From the NCBI GenBank assembly GCA_951804945.1, contig OX638149.1, forward strand, positions 37,014,001-37,078,000: a stretch of 64,000 nt of DNA. The letters run 5' to 3'. Of the stretch, positions 48,524-64,000 are shown in pieces. The notes below the pieces were generated by a model. It was not told the DNA's origin and made no database searches. It was given only the letters and a program-made list of their open reading frames with translations. Every line of letters starts with the position of its first letter. Within the stretch, counting starts at the first letter, position 1. A program made the translations under genes and the position numbers. Source of the stretch: Podarcis cretensis (taxonomy: Eukaryota).

Positions 48524-51500
48524 CTGCATTGCTTTACAGACTTGTAATATTTATCAACAGTTTCAATTGTGCCACTCCCTTATAAGAACCAGTTTCAAGA
48601 ACAAATAGTGATTTGTATTTTAAAAATGGGAAACACAATGGCAGGGCAGCTTGTATTTTTTTAAATGAGAATATTGTCAAGCAATGGCATTAGAGTCAAA
48701 TTTGAAAGCAAATCAGTTCAATTCTTCACATGCCTGCTCAGAAGTAAGCCCCACTGAGTTCACTGAGGCAGACGACTAGGATTACAGTTTTAGATATTTG
48801 ATTTTACAATCTTAAAGGAATCTTGTGTTTATTCTTTATCATCTACAATTAATGAAATCATTGTGCCTTTACTCTAAAAGGTAGATGATACTAAGTAGCA
48901 CACTTTTGAGTGTAAAACTTTCCATTTAATGACAGACTAGATTCTTAAAACACAGATTTTGAGTGGGTTTTTCCATGCCTATTCCGCCCCAAAAATCATA
49001 ATCATAAGATGATTGTTTCTGTAACTGTTCATGGCAAAGCACTTCATAGAACCTTTGTGTGCCATTCATTTAATCTTGTAACATGTCTTTCTTCCATAAA
49101 TTGTTTCTACAAATGGACCCATTCTTTAAAGAGAAAATCGGCACAATACAAACTAAGAATGGGTGGCAGCATGTTTCTTGAATTAGTTGCTGAGCACATC
49201 ATTGGGACATGGAAAATGTTCTTATAATGGATGGTATCTTGTGTTTCCATGTTTTACAATTAGATTAGCAGAGAGAATGTATTTCTCAGATTGAACTGGA
49301 GCAAAACAAGATGGTAATGTACCCTTGACAAAGTAATGTAAGCATCTATTGCATAGAATCAGATTAGAGAAAAAGCAGCACCATTGTTTGCAGTCCTGAT
49401 GCATTAAATTTATACTGTAAATAAAAAAGGAAACCCCACCTTTGACCATGGAGCTCAAAGTGTGGTTTCAAAATGTGTCTGTGTGTAGAGGTTTTTGAAA
49501 ACTCTTCTGCTGATTTGCACTCTTGGTTTTTTCCACCAATTTAAAGCATTAACTAATAGGCAAGAGTGGTTTTTATTTTATTATATTGGAATTAATTATA
49601 TTGGAATTAGTTTCATAATTGCCTTTTCTTAAGTCAAACATTGTTCCTGGCAGCTTTTTCCAGAGTGCTGCATTCTAAGGCTTAAATGAAATGTGACTCT
49701 TTAATAAACATTGCCAAACAAACTGCTTTTCTTTGAAATTGTATTAAAAATGGGGAACGTGGATACCACTATCCTTCCTGTTAAAGACACACAAATACAT
49801 ACACATATTAAGTTTATATATGCATAGTCCTAGTAGCTGTTAGAAGTTAGTTCTGAAATGCTTAATTCCATACAATACAGAAGATCACCAACAGGCACAG
49901 TCCACCATTGTTTCTTGTTGCTTCTCTTCAGTACCACATAATGATGTGCGGGGCTCAGTTGTAGAAAGACTGCAAATAGTCAAGTTGAACAATCTCTGGT
50001 TACACACTATAGACCTTCCCACCCCTGAACTGTTTCTGTGGACAGCTGTGGCCACTTTAATGTTGGTCTTACGGCTCAGCAGCAGCTAAGGTTTCAGTGG
50101 AGGAAATAGAGCCATGGAGCAATGGTATGACTTTCCCATAGATTCTCCCCAATCCTCAGACATAAAGAATGTTTTACTAAACTAAACGTGGGCAAACTGT
50201 TCATAAAGCATTTCCAGCTTAGTTTTAGTTGTAGCTCCATAGTCCAATGCTTTTGTTCTCACTGCCAATGCTATACAGATATACAAGCCAGGTTCATCTT
50301 GCCTATACTACAAAAATTCTCAGGTTGCACAGAACAACTTTATACCTCTCTGCTACTTCAAGATGAAATCCCAGACGTTACATACTCAGTTGCTAGATTT
50401 TGTGCTGCCATGGTGGATATTCGTCAAAGGATGGTTTGTGCCACAAACTAGGCCCAAAATGCAAGACCTGTGCTCCTTCACACTCCCTCAGTCACTTTTA
50501 ACCATTTGTCCTTGTTTCTGTCTTTTTAAGTATGTACAATAAAATCACATTTTAATTACTACTTTTTATCCCTTACCTGTTTTAAGTCTCGTGTGTTCTA
50601 TCTGTATGTTTTATCTTATGCTGGTCTGTGACTGAAATAAAGTTTGATACTGTACCTTCTGTTCTCACAAACCGTTTAGAGGCTTGGAACTTTCCTCAAC
50701 TGCTAAAATGCTTTTTAAGAGTGTCATTTGCTTCCTTGGGTTTTTCTCTTTTGTGGAATCTAATAAGATGGTTGGCTGGGTTGTGTGTGATTTGCACTAA
50801 GAAGTACACTTCTGCACTAAGAAGAGCTAAAGTCTCTGAGCTGTGCAAATTGAACCAGTGTGCACTATTTCTTTTTTGTTTATTTTTGGTTTTGCTAAAC
50901 GTGGGGAACGAGGATGACCTACAGGGAGCACTGCCAAGCACTAAGAAATCCTATTCTTGCACCTCCTCTGCCTTCTCAGATTTCAATTACATATATTCAC
51001 AACTATGGAAACTTGCTTTTAAAAAGCTGAGATGGTTTGGAAGATGAATTCTGCCTCAAATGCCACAGGCTGAGCTTTTACAGACTTGCAGTGTGGAGAA
51101 ACAGTAAAAGTTACATGTGCATAGTATTAATATGTGAAAACTGCTCCGTTTGTGAATAGTTAACTAAATGAGGTTGGCAGGTTTCATCCCCCAGGTGTCA
51201 TTTAGAAGTAATAATATACAATATATAGGTATCAGTCTGCCAAGAAAAATGTAAAGTTACTAAATAGGTGACTATACCATGTGAGGTTTTCTATTGTGTC
51301 AGTGAACATTCGAGATCTGCTTTTATATACAAACATGTGATAGGTCCTAAAGTGGACACTCTATTTCAACTCATTGGTTTGTGGCAGCAGGCAGTGGCTG
51401 TCAGGAGGAAGTGGAAGACACCAGGGCTGAGACAGAAGCTGAGTTGGTCTGTAGGAAGAGGAAGACTTCAGCAGCAGTCCTCTAGAAGAGCTGAAGGCAG

Positions 51501-53603
51501 ACTGTCAGGTGTCTACAAGTAGCAGTGAATTCCTGACGAGATGAAGACTTTGGATCAAGTCCTTTGTAAAGTGAATGTATTAAGTGGGGAGAAGATAACA
51601 GCAACTGGCTATTGGCTTCCAAAAAGGAAGAGAATGAGTGCAAGGAAATTTATCCCTCTTTAAAGTAACCCTTAAAGCAAATATTCACGTATTTAACATC
51701 TAACTCACTAATAAACCTATCTGATGTCATAAATAAGTTTCAACAAAATTAATGGGGGCAGCCAATGCTGTTTGGATGTACTTCTACTCACGCAATGGGC
51801 ATCCTCTCCTGCAGCCTTCCATGTACCCAAGCAGTTAGGGGACTTTACAGGAGGAAAGGAAGAAGAAGCCCCATTGTGCAAATGGAATTTCACTCACACA
51901 ATGCTGGATTTCACCCAATATATTTGTTTGGCTTTTAAATTGGAAGACTTCTGGTACATTTGTCCTATAGCTGAAGGCAGCCCTTGTCTACTAATTGGTG
52001 AATAAGGGAATATTTAAAAACGAGACGTTAGCAGTAGGAAAGTAGGTTGTTTCAACATATAAGGTGTAAGTGGCATTATTTTATCTGAAATAATATAAAG
52101 GTGACCCTTCTGACAAAGGAGTTCAGTTTTAGAAGCAAGCCTCATGCCTGCACTCGTCTCATCACCTGAACCATTCAGACCCAGCACATGATTCCACCAC
52201 CGTACCCTCTGCAAACAGTTACCATGGGGTAGGTTGAGATTGATGACATACCCTTGCCTTACATTATACCACTGGCTACAATTCATCATCTCCCCAAACA
52301 GTATACAATAATTATTTTTGTTTTCTTGTGATAATTCCACAGTTAATGATACAAACAGCTGCATTCTTTGTTATTGCTTTATTGAATTATAGCATACTAT
52401 TGGGAGTCTTATAAAAAAACAAACCATAGTGTGGAGAACAGCTGTCATGTAAGGTATGTGTATTTTCCATATCAAACAGTTTTAAAGCTATGAATAAAAT
52501 AGTAATCTGAGAAAAGTGCATGTTTTTCCCTCCCACATACTAAAAACAACAACACCTGTGTTGAAATATCTAGGTAATAAAGTAGAAAAATACTAGGCAT
52601 TGTTGCCACTTATATTTATGTAATATATTGACAATCATAAATTATGACTAAAAGCCAGTTAAAAATATCCCTTCTGTACCTTTCATAATTGCTTATAATG
52701 TTTACAAACAAAAGAACCTGTTGCGGGGCAAACAGTTCTGCAGTTGATGGTGGGTAGGCAGTTTACAGCCCAATTCATGGGTCTTTTAATCTGGTATAAC
52801 TGGATTTAAATGAATTCAGTCCCACTGACAACAACTGAATTAATTCAGATAAAAGCTGAAAGTTGCCCCTTAAAACATTTTTCTTCTTCTTAATAGTTTC
52901 ATTGCATTCCAAGCAATTAAGGAAGTGAGAACTCAATGCATTTTATTTTTTTTAAGCAAGTAATTATTCATACAGTACCAAATCTTTGGAGATGCACATG
53001 ACCAAGGTTTGTGTGTATATGTTTTTGGTTTGTTTTAAATCCAAACATAGCCAGATTTTAAACAACTTTTATTTGTGCTTTGGAGTAGTCAAATAGTTTT
53101 TTAAGAAACTAATTGCTGTACATGAACTGTCTATCAGGATGCATACAAGATGTTCTAAGCACTAGTCTGTGCTATGCAAATGCAGCGCTGATAGCTATGT
53201 ATTCAGCAAAATATTCCTTTCACCAGTTGATAGTATTCTAAAACAATCTTTTTTACACTTGATAGAATGTATCTGAGATTATATTCAGCATTTAATGCCA
53301 GGAGCAGCTGTGTATTTTCTCTATATACATAACATGAATATCAAGTAACCTTAACTATAAGATCTGCATCACTTTAAACTTTAACTGAGAAATATTAAAT
53401 ATACATATGTAATGGCAGCTTTGGGCTAACTTCTCCGCTTACTGTTTATTCAAACAAAACTTCCACTGACTTCCGTACAAGATCTGCCTAAAGAAAGCAG
53501 AAGAGTAGCCCTTTGTGTGCTAGAATAACAGAACATCTATACCCTAGAGAGACCTCCTTGGCATTCCTGACGTGATTTAGAGTCATCTCTTGCAGCCTTC
53601 CAT

Positions 53604-64000
<10,397 letters not shown>

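Overview
Vertebrate genomic DNA, almost certainly from a squamate reptile. The repeat content (Sauria-type SINE, BovB, L2, CR1, DIRS, Tc1/mariner and hAT MITEs) suggests a lacertid-like lizard; this is inference. The + strand carries a complete 18-exon STRN3 gene (striatin-3/SG2NA, STRIPAK scaffold), with CDS from 5540 to 46913 (2460 nt, 819 aa). It has a CpG-island promoter near 5.0-6.5 kb and a 3' UTR to about 48.5 kb. The - strand carries the 3' half of COCH (cochlin, two vWA domains), tail-to-tail with STRN3 and running off the window end. The rest is intron or intergenic DNA rich in transposon remnants, with one 194-nt N gap. I found no wholly new gene system. The best leads are: (1) candidate stop-containing exons with UGCAUG clusters around the STRN3 exon 8/9 cassette region, predicting WD40-less isoforms or NMD; (2) an atypical AA|GC-AG intron; (3) chained uORFs in the STRN3 leader; (4) an internally deleted DIRS1 element that keeps its full ITR/ICR architecture. 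Comparisons to human proteins are from memory; no searches were run.
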